NCBI GenBank assembly: GCA_041641295.1
Contig: JBEPYO010000001.1
Location: 512,001-576,000, forward strand
Direction: 5' to 3'
Source: Nitrososphaerota archaeon
GTDB lineage: Archaea; Thermoproteota; Nitrososphaeria_A; Caldarchaeales; Calditenuaceae
DNA: 64,000 nt
The notes below the pieces were generated by a model. That model had not been told where the DNA came from. It searched no databases and saw only the letters and a program-made list of their open reading frames with translations. Both the position numbers and the translations under genes were made by a program. Of the stretch, positions 30,724-40,355 are shown piece by piece (the first letter of the stretch is position 1; every line of letters begins with the position of its first letter).

Positions 30724-31545
30724 TTACACGGAGGGAAGCCAACCTGGAAAGGCCAAGAACCCCACATAGTATCTAAGGACATAGGCACACAGAACGCCAG
30801 CGATAAGCGTCAACGTAATGACCACGTCGCTGATCCTTAACTTGTATTCCCTGTAGTAGGTTCTCTTGGGGGCTGCTCCGAATCCCTTTGCCTGTAAGGC
30901 ATATGCTATCTCCATTATTCTCCTAAGCGCGATGACTATCATAGATGTGAAGACATTCGCATATTTTCTGGCTCTCTCGAGTATTGAGCCTTCACTGAAG
31001 TTTGCACCACGAAGAATCATAGCATCCCTGACTCTTATGAAGTCCTCAACAAATATGGTCGTTGTCCTGAATGCGAGGCTCATCATTAATGCGATAGTGT
31101 GGGGAAGTCTAAATGCCGCTGCCCCATAGACGATGTCCCTGCTGGTCGTTGTAGCAAGTATAAGAGTCGAGCCAAGCAGCATTGATGTGTATCTCATAAT
31201 CATTGTCGCGGCGTAGAGGAGTGTCATGTCGGAGACATATGCCCCCCATGGATATGTGTAGTACACTTGTGAACCAGGAATCGAGCTGCCTAGAAGGTAG
31301 GAAATAAGGACGGCCTGACTCGCGATTAAGACAACTATTACGAATTTCTTAAGTCCGATTAGAGGTACGCGCAGGAGCTTGAAGCTCAGTGCTAACATTA
31401 TCGTTAAGAGAAGTAGGGGTATTGGCGCCTCTATTATGAGAGCGACTAGGTTTACGGATAGTAGCAATGTCACCTTTGGCAAGGGATGTAATCTGACCAG
31501 CGGCGAGTCTCCCGCTACGTAAGTAAAAAAAGTTCTCTGGCTCAT
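30724..31545 (-). CDS. ecfT: ECF transporter transmembrane component EcfT
   Basis: DSPLVRLHP, TM helices, AMILRG and ALQAKGF coupling motifs. Confidence 0.9.
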   Translation of the reverse strand: MSQRTFFTYVAGDSPLVRLHPLPKVTLLLSVNLVALIIEAPIPLLLLTIMLALSFKLLRVPLIGLKKFVIVVLIASQAVLISYLLGSSIPGSQVYYTYPWGAYVSDMTLLYAATMIMRYTSMLLGSTLILATTTSRDIVYGAAAFRLPHTIALMMSLAFRTTTIFVEDFIRVRDAMILRGANFSEGSILERARKYANVFTSMIVIALRRIMEIAYALQAKGFGAAPKRTYYREYKLRISDVVITLTLIAGVLCAYVLRYYVGFLAFPGWLPSV

Positions 31546-31557
31546 GCCAAGCCCTTT

Positions 31558-32148
31558 TTAAAGTAGCCGGCCGGTAACATAGAAAGGACTTGTCTTCACC
31601 CATTTAGTTGCTACTCTTAGAAGGATTGTGCCTATTGTAAATACTGCGAGAGAGTCGCCTATCGTGTAGGCTATGACTCCCCAGACCCATGCCCCAAACG
31701 TGATTGTTCCGAAGGAATAGTTGACGAAGTGTATCCACATCGCTGCGAGGCAAGTGGCTATCGGTACAGAGACAAGCCAGACAGCATAGTCCCTCCTCGT
31801 CTTTAGCTCTGGGTCAGCCTTGAAGAGTAAGAAGAATGCCCTACAGATAAGCGGCGCCATGAAGTCTCCCAGCGCTCCGTCAGCCCAGACCTGGAAGGTC
31901 CAGCCGAAGAATGGGCCCATACCTATGAAGGTTCCGATATGCCCTGCAAGTGCTCCATAGAGGCCGAACCAAAGCGTTAAGGCGAAGTAGAGTGCTGCTG
32001 GAATCCAGAATCCAGACCCGCCCGGAATGCCTGGTAGTGGAATAATGATTATCGAGAACAGCGCGGCGGTAGCGCATACACCCCCGAAGATTCCAGAGAT
32101 GATTGCTAGTTTCATCTTGATGCTAGCTTGAGTAACCACCTCACTCAT
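31558..32148 (-). CDS. ECF transporter substrate-binding S component (substrate unknown)
   Basis: Six-TM protein with LWFGLYGALAGHIGTFIG, directly upstream of ecfT. ATG at 32148. Confidence 0.75.
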   Translation of the reverse strand: MSEVVTQASIKMKLAIISGIFGGVCATAALFSIIIIPLPGIPGGSGFWIPAALYFALTLWFGLYGALAGHIGTFIGMGPFFGWTFQVWADGALGDFMAPLICRAFFLLFKADPELKTRRDYAVWLVSVPIATCLAAMWIHFVNYSFGTITFGAWVWGVIAYTIGDSLAVFTIGTILLRVATKWVKTSPFYVTGRLL

Positions 32149-32149
32149 C

Positions 32150-32362
32150 TTAGAACCACCCCATGAATGTTGCCTGTGCCACGTATGAAATGACAAGACC
32201 CACCAATACTATCGCCATGAATATCGTCATCCCCCTTACGAAGCCGTAGTAGGCGCTACTCCTACTCATCCTTCTCAGCAACATGTATAGTCCCACCATG
32301 ATGACCACGTCGATAGCGATTACCAGTTGGAAAAACGCCGGGTAAGGTATTGGAAGACTCAC
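32150..32362 (-). CDS. Small 2-TM hypothetical protein heading the ECF operon
   Basis: About 70 aa from GTG 32362, two hydrophobic helices. Its stop abuts the S-component ATG (TAAGATG). Confidence 0.6.
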   Translation of the reverse strand: MSLPIPYPAFFQLVIAIDVVIMVGLYMLLRRMSRSSAYYGFVRGMTIFMAIVLVGLVISYVAQATFMGWF

Positions 32363-32598
32363 GTAATCCGCGCAAGAATGACCGCAAAATATACCGATAC
32401 TTACATGATCGTTTAAATTTTCAGTGAGGTGTACAAAAATTACGAGCGAGTACATGTGAAGCAGGCCCAGTGTCTCCTGAACTCTGTAAGAAGATAATGG
32501 CTTCTAATCTGTTTGTACTGACTTTGGGGGTAAACGCATTGTCTCCGTCATGCAGGGTCGTTTAGGGTTATATTTGAGACGCTTGCACTTCATGGGGG

Positions 32599-32973
32599 TT
32601 GGAGAGGGTTAAGAGGACTCTGGGCACGGTGCTCTCGCTGAGCTGGGTTGTTAAGGGGCGGGGGGTGCTGGCAGCCATTTTGATGTTCACCGTGATACTG
32701 GTCACGAGCGGTGTGGTCTTCGTCACACTAAACCGGGTTGCGACTTTCTGGGGCCGCCAGATCTTCGCTCCCACACAGACTTTACAGACAGTCGCTGAGT
32801 TTATAGTCGTCTCACTCTACTACGCTCTGGGCTTGACCGGGCTAACCCTGTTCTACTTTGCCGCCACTGGGCGTCTAACTGATAGGGCAGCAGGATACGC
32901 CGCACTTGGCGCATCACTTCTCATACTCTTATCGGCTCTTGGACTTTTCGCGGGATATACGGCTAAAATATGA
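32599..32973 (+). CDS. 3-TM protein resembling OSTC/DC2 (OST3/OST6 family)
   Basis: LVTSGVVF...IFAPTQTLQTVAEFIVVSLYYALGLTGL...KI follows the recalled DC2 pattern LITGGIIY...FLA...QYIMEG...LFTMGGLG...KL. Confidence 0.65.
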   Translation: MERVKRTLGTVLSLSWVVKGRGVLAAILMFTVILVTSGVVFVTLNRVATFWGRQIFAPTQTLQTVAEFIVVSLYYALGLTGLTLFYFAATGRLTDRAAGYAALGASLLILLSALGLFAGYTAKI

Positions 32974-33627
32974 CTAATCCTCCATAATCCCGCCCTCAAA
33001 TATTCTAACACGGAGCGATAATGATTGATCATTTATGCGCAGCCTCAATAACCGTCTACCGGCTGCAATAGACTGTAGCCACAACTCACTATCCGCATAA
33101 TAGGAGACGATCGCGCTGGCTACTGGCTGCGGCTGGCCTAGGCCAGGCCTCTCATGAATGTCTGAGACGACTATTGAAGTGACGTTGCGGGACCGGGTAA
33201 CCTCTTTAAGGAGGGCAGACTGGAAAGCGAGCATTTTATAGATCCACTTGTCATGAGGCAGGACGCCTGAAGCTTCCACCCTATGGAGGTATGTGAAGTC
33301 GTCCACAACTATTAGTCCCGGTTCTTGGGCGTAGTCGCAAGCCCAAATTATTAGCCGCAGCTGCTCAGAGAAGGTCTCAGGGGTGGAGATCCTAATTTTA
33401 GACAAGTCTGCACCCCAGTGGCTTGCCAGGGCCCTTAGCCTGGCAGGATGCAGTCTACCGCCACAGTCTAGCCAGAGGACCTCAAACCCCATTCCGGAGG
33501 CTATTGAAGCAACCTGTAGCGCGAGGGTTGTCTTCCCGCTCTTCTCCTCTCCAACGATTAGGTGGAGCCGCCTAGCCTCTAGCCCCCCACGCGTCGAATC
33601 TAGGCCACTTATGCCTGTGGCAAGCAT
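32974..33627 (-). CDS. radB: RadB-like RecA-family ATPase
   Basis: TGISGLD, Walker A GEEKSGKT, Walker B LIVVDD; no N-terminal HhH domain. Confidence 0.75.
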   Translation of the reverse strand: MLATGISGLDSTRGGLEARRLHLIVGEEKSGKTTLALQVASIASGMGFEVLWLDCGGRLHPARLRALASHWGADLSKIRISTPETFSEQLRLIIWACDYAQEPGLIVVDDFTYLHRVEASGVLPHDKWIYKMLAFQSALLKEVTRSRNVTSIVVSDIHERPGLGQPQPVASAIVSYYADSELWLQSIAAGRRLLRLRINDQSLSLRVRIFEGGIMED

Positions 33628-33815
33628 GTCTACGCTCTGCCTAGCTCGGGGGCCCGTGGCGTCTCACCCTAAAAATTAGCAGTGCCGACCAGCTAATAAT
33701 ATCAGATTTGCGTGTAGTCTTATAAGGGCGGCGGGCTAACTGACAGGCGTATTATATTGCTTAGCTGTTTAAATAAATTTTAAATCAAAGTATATCGAAA
33801 TATATTCAGAAGCAT

Positions 33816-34241
33816 ATGATGAGGGGACCGGCCACCGCGAGGGTCATTACAACTCTTAAGAGGTACGGGCCCTTACCTGTTCCCCTAATCGCACGTAAAG
33901 CAAAGTGTAAGGTTGCGACAGCCCAAGCAACGCTGAATAGGCTTGTTTACGACGGTCTGCTGAGTTTTGTGGAGGTGAGGCTGGGCAGGTTTGCAAGGCC
34001 TCGGGGACGGATTGGAAGCAGAAGGCTACTCAGACTATACTACATCCCCAAAATCCACAGCAACAATCGCGTATACCAGACTATAAGGAGACTGGTAATT
34101 TTTAAGAGACCTGTCAACGTCTATGAGAGGAGAGCGTTTGGTATGTGGCTTTCGTCATCAATTCTCCCAAGCCAGGTGAGAGAGAGCATAATTACTTCAG
34201 TCTTTGAGCATAAGCATAGAGCTGCACATGTAAGGGATTAG
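33816..34241 (+). CDS. Basic winged-helix-like hypothetical protein
   Basis: VITTLKRYGPLPVPLIARKAKCKVATAQATLNRLVYDGLL is a wHTH pattern; strong AT-rich promoter upstream. Confidence 0.6.
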   Translation: MMRGPATARVITTLKRYGPLPVPLIARKAKCKVATAQATLNRLVYDGLLSFVEVRLGRFARPRGRIGSRRLLRLYYIPKIHSNNRVYQTIRRLVIFKRPVNVYERRAFGMWLSSSILPSQVRESIITSVFEHKHRAAHVRD

Positions 34242-35977
34242 TTCATTATAGCGGGCCTGCTCTTGATCTCCTTGAACCGCTCTCTTAGCTTGTTGAAGTC
34301 GGTGCCTTTCGAGTAGACTGTGGTGTAGTTTTTAGCCTTCTCGATTGCCCTGCCCGCCTCGGGGTTAACCTTTCTGAAGTAGCGCTCAATAGAGTTTACC
34401 CAGAAGTTGGCGCCGAATGTGAGTATACCACCTGTGACAAGCTTAAGTATCGGATTGTCGCTCCCGAGCCTCCACGCCAGAAGCTCGGCCATCCTCCGCG
34501 TATTCCTCCAGCTGACGTAGATTAGTGCTGCCTGCGCCGGGGTTAGGCTGGCATACACATCGGTGAGGGATTGGTTTCCGCGGAGGGAGCCGAGGCTTAC
34601 TAGCGCCATAGGCGTGACTGTGAAGAGGAGCCCTTGGGAGGCCATGTAGTTTATCAGGCCGATGGTGTCCCAGATGTCGTCATCCGTCTCACCTCCGAGT
34701 CCAAGTATTATTGTGTAGGCCGGTAACCAGTATGCAGCGTTTAGAGCCTTCTGCCCTTCAATAACTATCTCAGACCAAGTCGCATCCACGCCAACCCGGA
34801 AGGGTAGGGCCTTCCTAGACATGTGTTGCAGAATCAGCTTGTCACTCCCTGTCTCCAAGCCTATCTGAACACCGACGTGCTTCCCCGGACCAGCACCTAC
34901 TATCTTGGAGATCATCATGGGCAGCTCTGGGTCTGCAGCCGGTGGAGCAAGCGTCGCGTGCATCGGGTTTGCATGTGTCACACCGTTCTGCGACATGACG
35001 GTTCTGTAGAGTTTTTCGATCGCCTCCCTGTTCGGCCAGTAGTCAGGGTCTCTCAACATGTAGGCCCACTGATTATCTGTAATAAACCAAGCGTTCCTCA
35101 CACCATATCTCAAGTTCACCCTAACCTCCTCTAGGACCTTCTCCGGTGGATAATAGCGGAGCGGACGCGTCGTAACCTCGCAGAAATCACAGTCAAGACC
35201 GCAACCTCTCATGATCTCGACCTGGCCGCTAATAGTGCCACCGACTATGGTTGGAATATCGTCTATCTTGGGGAGCCTATACCTAGAGAATGGGTGACGC
35301 GTAATGAAGCGTCCACGCGGATCTTTCACATAAGTTACTGTGGCGCGTCCATGCTGGTTGAAGACTGTTGTTCTGAAACCATGAAAGAATATAGAATTGT
35401 CGATACTGTCCTCAATCAATCCCTCGAAGAGAATGTGTATTATATCGTCCATCTCGCCCTGAACTACGTGGTCGATCCCGAACGCATCTATCATCTCCGG
35501 CCTAATCTCAAACTCCCATTCACCCGCACCACCCACTATAAGCTTGGCCTTGGGGCATCTATTCCTACGCAGAACATTTATAGTATGTATGAGGGACTCA
35601 AACTCCTGCGCGACCCAAGACTTCTCACGCCCACAGTTGTTAAACATTATCGTTAGGGGCCCGATACCCAACGGATCCATCGTGTTAACAGCTATTATCT
35701 TGGTATCTTCTCTGATGTGTCTATCCAAGTGGTTGGGGTGGATGACCTCGGCCCGTAACTTCGACTTCGTCTTGAGACATGCCTCAATCTTTCTGATCCC
35801 GTAGGGTGCTAGGACGGCGCGTCCATATTCGTCTGCGGGAACATCCGGCTTGCTCAGATACCTGTATATCGGTGGTGGGACGTATCTGACCGGCGCGCAG
35901 GGGAGAAAGCTGAGGAGCGGAAAATTGTGAAACATGTGTCCCAATGAGGGATCGTATGTTAGCACTACCTGCGTCAT
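34238..35977 (-). CDS. B12-binding radical SAM protein, GDGT ring synthase (Grs) family
   Basis: CGLDCDFC plus Grs-type motifs GRAVLAPYGIRKIE, MDPLGIGP, IVGGAGEWE, IGLETGS...HM..K.LP, ETDDD. Confidence 0.75.
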   Translation of the reverse strand: MTQVVLTYDPSLGHMFHNFPLLSFLPCAPVRYVPPPIYRYLSKPDVPADEYGRAVLAPYGIRKIEACLKTKSKLRAEVIHPNHLDRHIREDTKIIAVNTMDPLGIGPLTIMFNNCGREKSWVAQEFESLIHTINVLRRNRCPKAKLIVGGAGEWEFEIRPEMIDAFGIDHVVQGEMDDIIHILFEGLIEDSIDNSIFFHGFRTTVFNQHGRATVTYVKDPRGRFITRHPFSRYRLPKIDDIPTIVGGTISGQVEIMRGCGLDCDFCEVTTRPLRYYPPEKVLEEVRVNLRYGVRNAWFITDNQWAYMLRDPDYWPNREAIEKLYRTVMSQNGVTHANPMHATLAPPAADPELPMMISKIVGAGPGKHVGVQIGLETGSDKLILQHMSRKALPFRVGVDATWSEIVIEGQKALNAAYWLPAYTIILGLGGETDDDIWDTIGLINYMASQGLLFTVTPMALVSLGSLRGNQSLTDVYASLTPAQAALIYVSWRNTRRMAELLAWRLGSDNPILKLVTGGILTFGANFWVNSIERYFRKVNPEAGRAIEKAKNYTTVYSKGTDFNKLRERFKEIKSRPAIMN

Positions 35978-36121
35978 CTTCTGGAATCGAGTGCATCTAC
36001 TGATAAATAACCTTTATCCACCGAAATTAACCGGTGAAAGGGCTATGTGTCAAGGCCCTACACAATTGTTGTGAGGCTGGAATTCATATATATCGCGGGC
36101 TTTTTTAGAGGATGGATAAAG

Positions 36122-37051
36122 ATGCCATACAAGTCTCTGGCTGAGGCAATTGCTAAGCTGGAGGCTGAGAGACGCCCTTACGCTGTAGCTACTGTCGTCC
36201 GGGTTTCCGGCTCAAGTCTAGGGAAGCCCGGGTTTAAAATGGTTGTTGACGATCGGGGAGAGATCGTCTATGGGACTCTGGGGGGAGTCTGTCCGGAAGG
36301 CCCCATCATCTCTATAGCGCTAGAGTGTATAAGGGAGGAGGAGCCCAGGTTGGTTAAAGTGCATCTCGAGAGCACGGAGGAGGCGGTAAAGGGCATGGCC
36401 ACATCGGGGAGCAGGGATGAGATATTTGTCGAGACCTTCTGCGGCGGTACTATGGAGATTTTCGTAGACCCCATCACACCGGCGAGGCGCCTATTCATCA
36501 TAGGACAGGGAGGGAAGGACGACGTGGAGGAAGCCTTGGTAAGGTTTGGGAAGATCCTTGGCTTTGAGGTCTGGGTCATAGACCCTATGCCTATGCTGGA
36601 GGCTGAGCCTGACAAGTTGATATCGGATATAGACTTCGACCTCTCCAAGCTCGATATAGGGCCCCGGGACTGTGTCGTGGTCTTGACTAAGGGAGAGAGG
36701 GATGTTAAGGTTCTTGAAGCCATCTCGGATAAGACACCCATCTACTTGGGGCTTATGGCCAGTAGGAAGAGGGCTCTGCGGAACCTAGAGCTTCTCAGAG
36801 AGAGGGGAGTGCCTGAAGAGTTCATAGCAAGGATAAGCACGCCCGCGGGTATCGATATAGGCGCGAAGATGCCGGCGGAGATTGCTCTATCAATAATGGC
36901 CGAGGCCGTGGCTAGAATCAGGGGCGTACCTGTGGCTAGGAAGGCCGAGACCGCAGCCCAGCCCCAAACAACCCAAGAGGCTAGGACATCAATATCTCTA
37001 AGAGGGCTGTCCTGCGACGTCCCCGCCGCCACCCTCAAGGACAAGGGATAA
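36122..37051 (+). CDS. XdhC/CoxI-family molybdoenzyme maturation factor
   Basis: AVATVVRVSGSS, GTLGGVC, FCGGTMEIFVDP, YLGLMASRKR, PAGIDIGAKMPAEIALSI. Confidence 0.9.
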   Translation: MPYKSLAEAIAKLEAERRPYAVATVVRVSGSSLGKPGFKMVVDDRGEIVYGTLGGVCPEGPIISIALECIREEEPRLVKVHLESTEEAVKGMATSGSRDEIFVETFCGGTMEIFVDPITPARRLFIIGQGGKDDVEEALVRFGKILGFEVWVIDPMPMLEAEPDKLISDIDFDLSKLDIGPRDCVVVLTKGERDVKVLEAISDKTPIYLGLMASRKRALRNLELLRERGVPEEFIARISTPAGIDIGAKMPAEIALSIMAEAVARIRGVPVARKAETAAQPQTTQEARTSISLRGLSCDVPAATLKDKG

Positions 37052-37077
37052 ACCCTCCCCCAACCATCCTATTAGTT

Positions 37078-37384
37078 GGGGGCGAGCGGCTGGGCGGGCC
37101 ACGGGGCACTCCCGAGGAAGTTCCTCCCCCCCAACCGGTGCAGTCAGCCACCGCGAGGTGGGCGGGGAGACCCGCGGCAACGCCACAGAAACGAGACCCC
37201 TCCACCGCAGATGAGTATGACCCGCCAACCCGAGGCGGCGACAAGTGGTGGAGAATGGATGAAACGGGCGACCCTGACGGGGAAAGGCGCGCCGGGCCAA
37301 TGAGACGCGCCGGCGAGGCCCGCGTGGAGCCGAGAAGACCAATCCCGCCTAAAACAGAAGGAGGACTATGGGCCGCACGCCCCC
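37078..37384 (+). ncRNA. rnpB: RNase P RNA (archaeal type A)
   Basis: P4 halves GAGGAAGTTCCTCC and AAAACAGAAGGAGGACT; CR-II/III GCAACGCCACAGAAACG and TGAAACGG; P1 GGGGGCG/CGCCCCC. Confidence 0.93.
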
Positions 37385-37610
37385 TTTGGACAGTAAGCCT
37401 TTCCGCAAGCTTGAAACCAGCTTCTCGCCTGTTTAGAGAGTTTTCTGCACGGTCGCTAGGCTCAGGTCCATGAGGAGATGATAGTGGGATCACATATGCT
37501 AAGAGGTGATATTGTCTAACAGTCCACGAAGGATGTTATTGCTCCATTGGTTTTGGCTGATTGCTGTGAGATAAGTCTTATAGGGGACTTGGGGCGCTTT
37601 ATGGCCGCGC

Positions 37611-38909
37611 ATGTCTCCACACTCTTTAAAATATGCTTGGTTTGTAGCGATAATCTTATTCCTCTTCCAATCCCTCCACGTTGCCGACATCTATGTTATC
37701 TCGGTCGTCTTCCCCCAAATCTTGGACGAGTTCCAGATCACCTATGTCTATGGTGGTGCGCTAATCACAGCTACCACCGTCTTGTCTGTGTCTCTCTTCC
37801 CTGTCTGGGGGTATCTGTTCGACAGGTATTCAAGGAGGCTCCTGATAAGCATCGCAGGCATCATATGGGGATTCACCACGTGGCTTAATACATTGCCACG
37901 AAGCTTCACAGAATTTTTTATAACAAGGACGTTGACGGGGGTAGACAATACACCTCCATCCGGCATTGAGAGTCTGATCGGCGACTACTTCCCACCGAAG
38001 AAGAGGGGTAAGCCCCTTGGGCTTATCGGAGCAACGGGAGCAACCGGCGCATTAGTTGGGACAATACTTGGAGTCCTGATAGGCTACACGTATGGCTGGA
38101 GATTCCTTTTCCTGATTACGGGGGGTCTAGGTATATTGACTGCAATAATTGTATACCTTGCTGTAAAGGATGTTCCGCGGGGAAGCTCGGAGCCTGAGCT
38201 AGCGGGTCTGAGAATAAGGGAGGAGCTATATAGGATAAGGTTTAGGGAGATATTTGGCCCGCTGAAAAAGCCGTCCATGCTATTCCTCAGCCTACAGGGG
38301 TTCTTCGGGGTATTTCCTTGGACAACACTCCAAGCCTGGATTTTCACATATATGTTGAGGGAGAGACTGTTCGATGAAATAACGGCACTCTATGCGATGT
38401 TCATCTGGCTAGTTATAATGATACTCGGTAATTTCGCCGGAGGAGCTATTGGCGACGCCCTTTTCTCAAAGACACCTCGTGGACGGGCAATAGTGGGTGC
38501 GGTAGTCGTGTTTCTGTCCGCACTGACCATCTACATCACATTGACGTGGCCCGTTGAAGATGTCAACGGGTTCATAGTTCTGGGAGCGGTCACCTCATTT
38601 ATTCTGCCGATGGCCGGTCCAAACGTGGCCGCATCAGTCACGGACGTGACACAGCCGGAGGCGAGGAGCTCCGCATTCTCTCTCCTCTCGATATTCGAGT
38701 CTGCCGGCTCGTCGACAGCACCGCTCATAGCTGGGTATCTGGCCGACCTATACGGCCTAGGATTCGGAATACTCTACATCTCCGCCTCCACATGGGTTGT
38801 CTGTGGAATCTTCTTCACGGTGCTTGCACTCGTTATACCTAGGGATATCAGCGAGTTGAGGAGGCTGATGAGGGAGAGGGCTGAGAAACTCAAGGAAGGG
38901 CCCGACTGA
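37611..38909 (+). CDS. MFS transporter (spinster-like)
   Basis: GYLFDRYSRR, DYFPPKKRG, GWRFLF, DVPRGSSE; 12 TM helices. Confidence 0.88.
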   Translation: MSPHSLKYAWFVAIILFLFQSLHVADIYVISVVFPQILDEFQITYVYGGALITATTVLSVSLFPVWGYLFDRYSRRLLISIAGIIWGFTTWLNTLPRSFTEFFITRTLTGVDNTPPSGIESLIGDYFPPKKRGKPLGLIGATGATGALVGTILGVLIGYTYGWRFLFLITGGLGILTAIIVYLAVKDVPRGSSEPELAGLRIREELYRIRFREIFGPLKKPSMLFLSLQGFFGVFPWTTLQAWIFTYMLRERLFDEITALYAMFIWLVIMILGNFAGGAIGDALFSKTPRGRAIVGAVVVFLSALTIYITLTWPVEDVNGFIVLGAVTSFILPMAGPNVAASVTDVTQPEARSSAFSLLSIFESAGSSTAPLIAGYLADLYGLGFGILYISASTWVVCGIFFTVLALVIPRDISELRRLMRERAEKLKEGPD

Positions 38910-38980
38910 AAAGCCACAGTTCATGTGGCACCATCTGTACCGGCTTTTCTCCACCATCTTAAGGGAGAGGTGTTTAGGGG

Positions 38981-40240
38981 CTAGACCACTATCTGGGCCT
39001 GTTTGTTAACTTTCCGCCACCGGATATTGTATAGGAAGGGCTGTCTTGTGGGGGTTATCAATTTATCCCACCTCTCTATCAGCTCCCTCTCCTTCTCAAA
39101 GGCTAGTCTGAGCGGCGTGGATAGGTCGGCGCCTCCTCTAAATTCTTTGACAGCCTCCAGCACCATCCTCTGCACGTCGTCCCTCTCCTGTGAGAACTGT
39201 TGTATGTGGGTGTAGTTGGCTTGGAACTTGCGGTGGAATCTCTCGACACTCCACCAATAGTTGTTGGGGTTGTATTTGTTGGTGGGCTTCTCTCCCATGG
39301 GTGGCAGCTCCGTCTCAAAGGTTAATGGCTTGAAGATGCTTAGGCATGGGAGCGAGGTTCCGGTGAACCAGTGGATGCTTGTGTCGCTGAGTTCGGATAC
39401 TTGGGATGCGGCAGTCTGGCTCGGCCTCGTCAAGCCTCCATAGTGCATACAGACATCCCTCATCGAGCCTCTACTCGGTGAGTAGGGCTCGAAGCTGTGG
39501 GACCTCATTATATCCATCATGTATTCGAGGGTTATGTCGCCCTCCCTTTCCTTTAGCTTTCTGTATGTGTAGGCTCGCCTATCCCTTCCATGGGCAAAGT
39601 ATGTGTAGAATCTGTCTGAGAAGTGTCTGGCGAAGCTGAAGCCTCCCTTCCTCGCTAGGCTCTCGACACTGTCGGAGGCTAGGTCCCATTCATCCTCTAT
39701 TGTCAGCGCATTAGATATTGAGTATACACTCTCGATCTTCTTGGCTGCCCAGTGTCTGCCTGCCGTCTCCAAAACCCACGCCTCCCTCGGGTCGGCGATT
39801 ATGAAGGAGTTGCTGTAGAATAGCCTGTGCTCGTAGCTTCCACTACCGCCCTGATTCTCAACTATATTTGTTATGAGTTTTAAAGCCTCTTCAGAGTTTC
39901 TAGAACGCTCCAAGGCCAGCCTCACAATATCCATTCCGAGGATTCCCTTCCCAGGTAGCTTCTCTCGACAAAAGATGGCGGTGTTCCCCACCGCTAGGCC
40001 GAACTCGTTCACCCCCATCTCAGCACCCCAGGTCCACCACGGGCGCGAGACAATTATGGAATAAGTCTCCCCCACCTGTGGGAACTCTACATAGGTTAGC
40101 CTAACCTCCCCCTCCTCATGCCTCTGCCGGGGGATGAGCTCCAAGACTTGGGCCTCGTTGGGATCCCTGTCAGAGTTTTTCGCGAACAGCATTACCTTCT
40201 CCCTAGTCGCCCTCGGTGTTGCTACGAGAATGTCACACAT
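38981..40240 (-). CDS. Peptidase C69 / secernin-family Ntn hydrolase
   Basis: N-terminal nucleophile M-C-D, FAKNSDRDPNEAQ, WGAEMGVNE, CMHYGG. Confidence 0.92.
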   Translation of the reverse strand: MCDILVATPRATREKVMLFAKNSDRDPNEAQVLELIPRQRHEEGEVRLTYVEFPQVGETYSIIVSRPWWTWGAEMGVNEFGLAVGNTAIFCREKLPGKGILGMDIVRLALERSRNSEEALKLITNIVENQGGSGSYEHRLFYSNSFIIADPREAWVLETAGRHWAAKKIESVYSISNALTIEDEWDLASDSVESLARKGGFSFARHFSDRFYTYFAHGRDRRAYTYRKLKEREGDITLEYMMDIMRSHSFEPYSPSRGSMRDVCMHYGGLTRPSQTAASQVSELSDTSIHWFTGTSLPCLSIFKPLTFETELPPMGEKPTNKYNPNNYWWSVERFHRKFQANYTHIQQFSQERDDVQRMVLEAVKEFRGGADLSTPLRLAFEKERELIERWDKLITPTRQPFLYNIRWRKVNKQAQIVV

Positions 40241-40355
40241 AGCGACACCTCTATGTGAGAGGAGCAGAGGCGCTTATAAGAGTAGCCGGCATACTCTTCC
40301 ACGCTAAACAATGCCTAGCTGAGATTTCCGTGGAACGCGTTGAATCGTGTAGGGA

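Noticed and set aside
36998-37493. ORFs of 75-152 aa around 37.0-37.5 kb
   Set aside because: Explained by the RNase P RNA gene.
37385-37610. Box C/D sRNA in this spacer, and in 32456-32598
   Set aside because: Only scattered partial boxes; no correctly spaced C...D'...C'...D arrangement.
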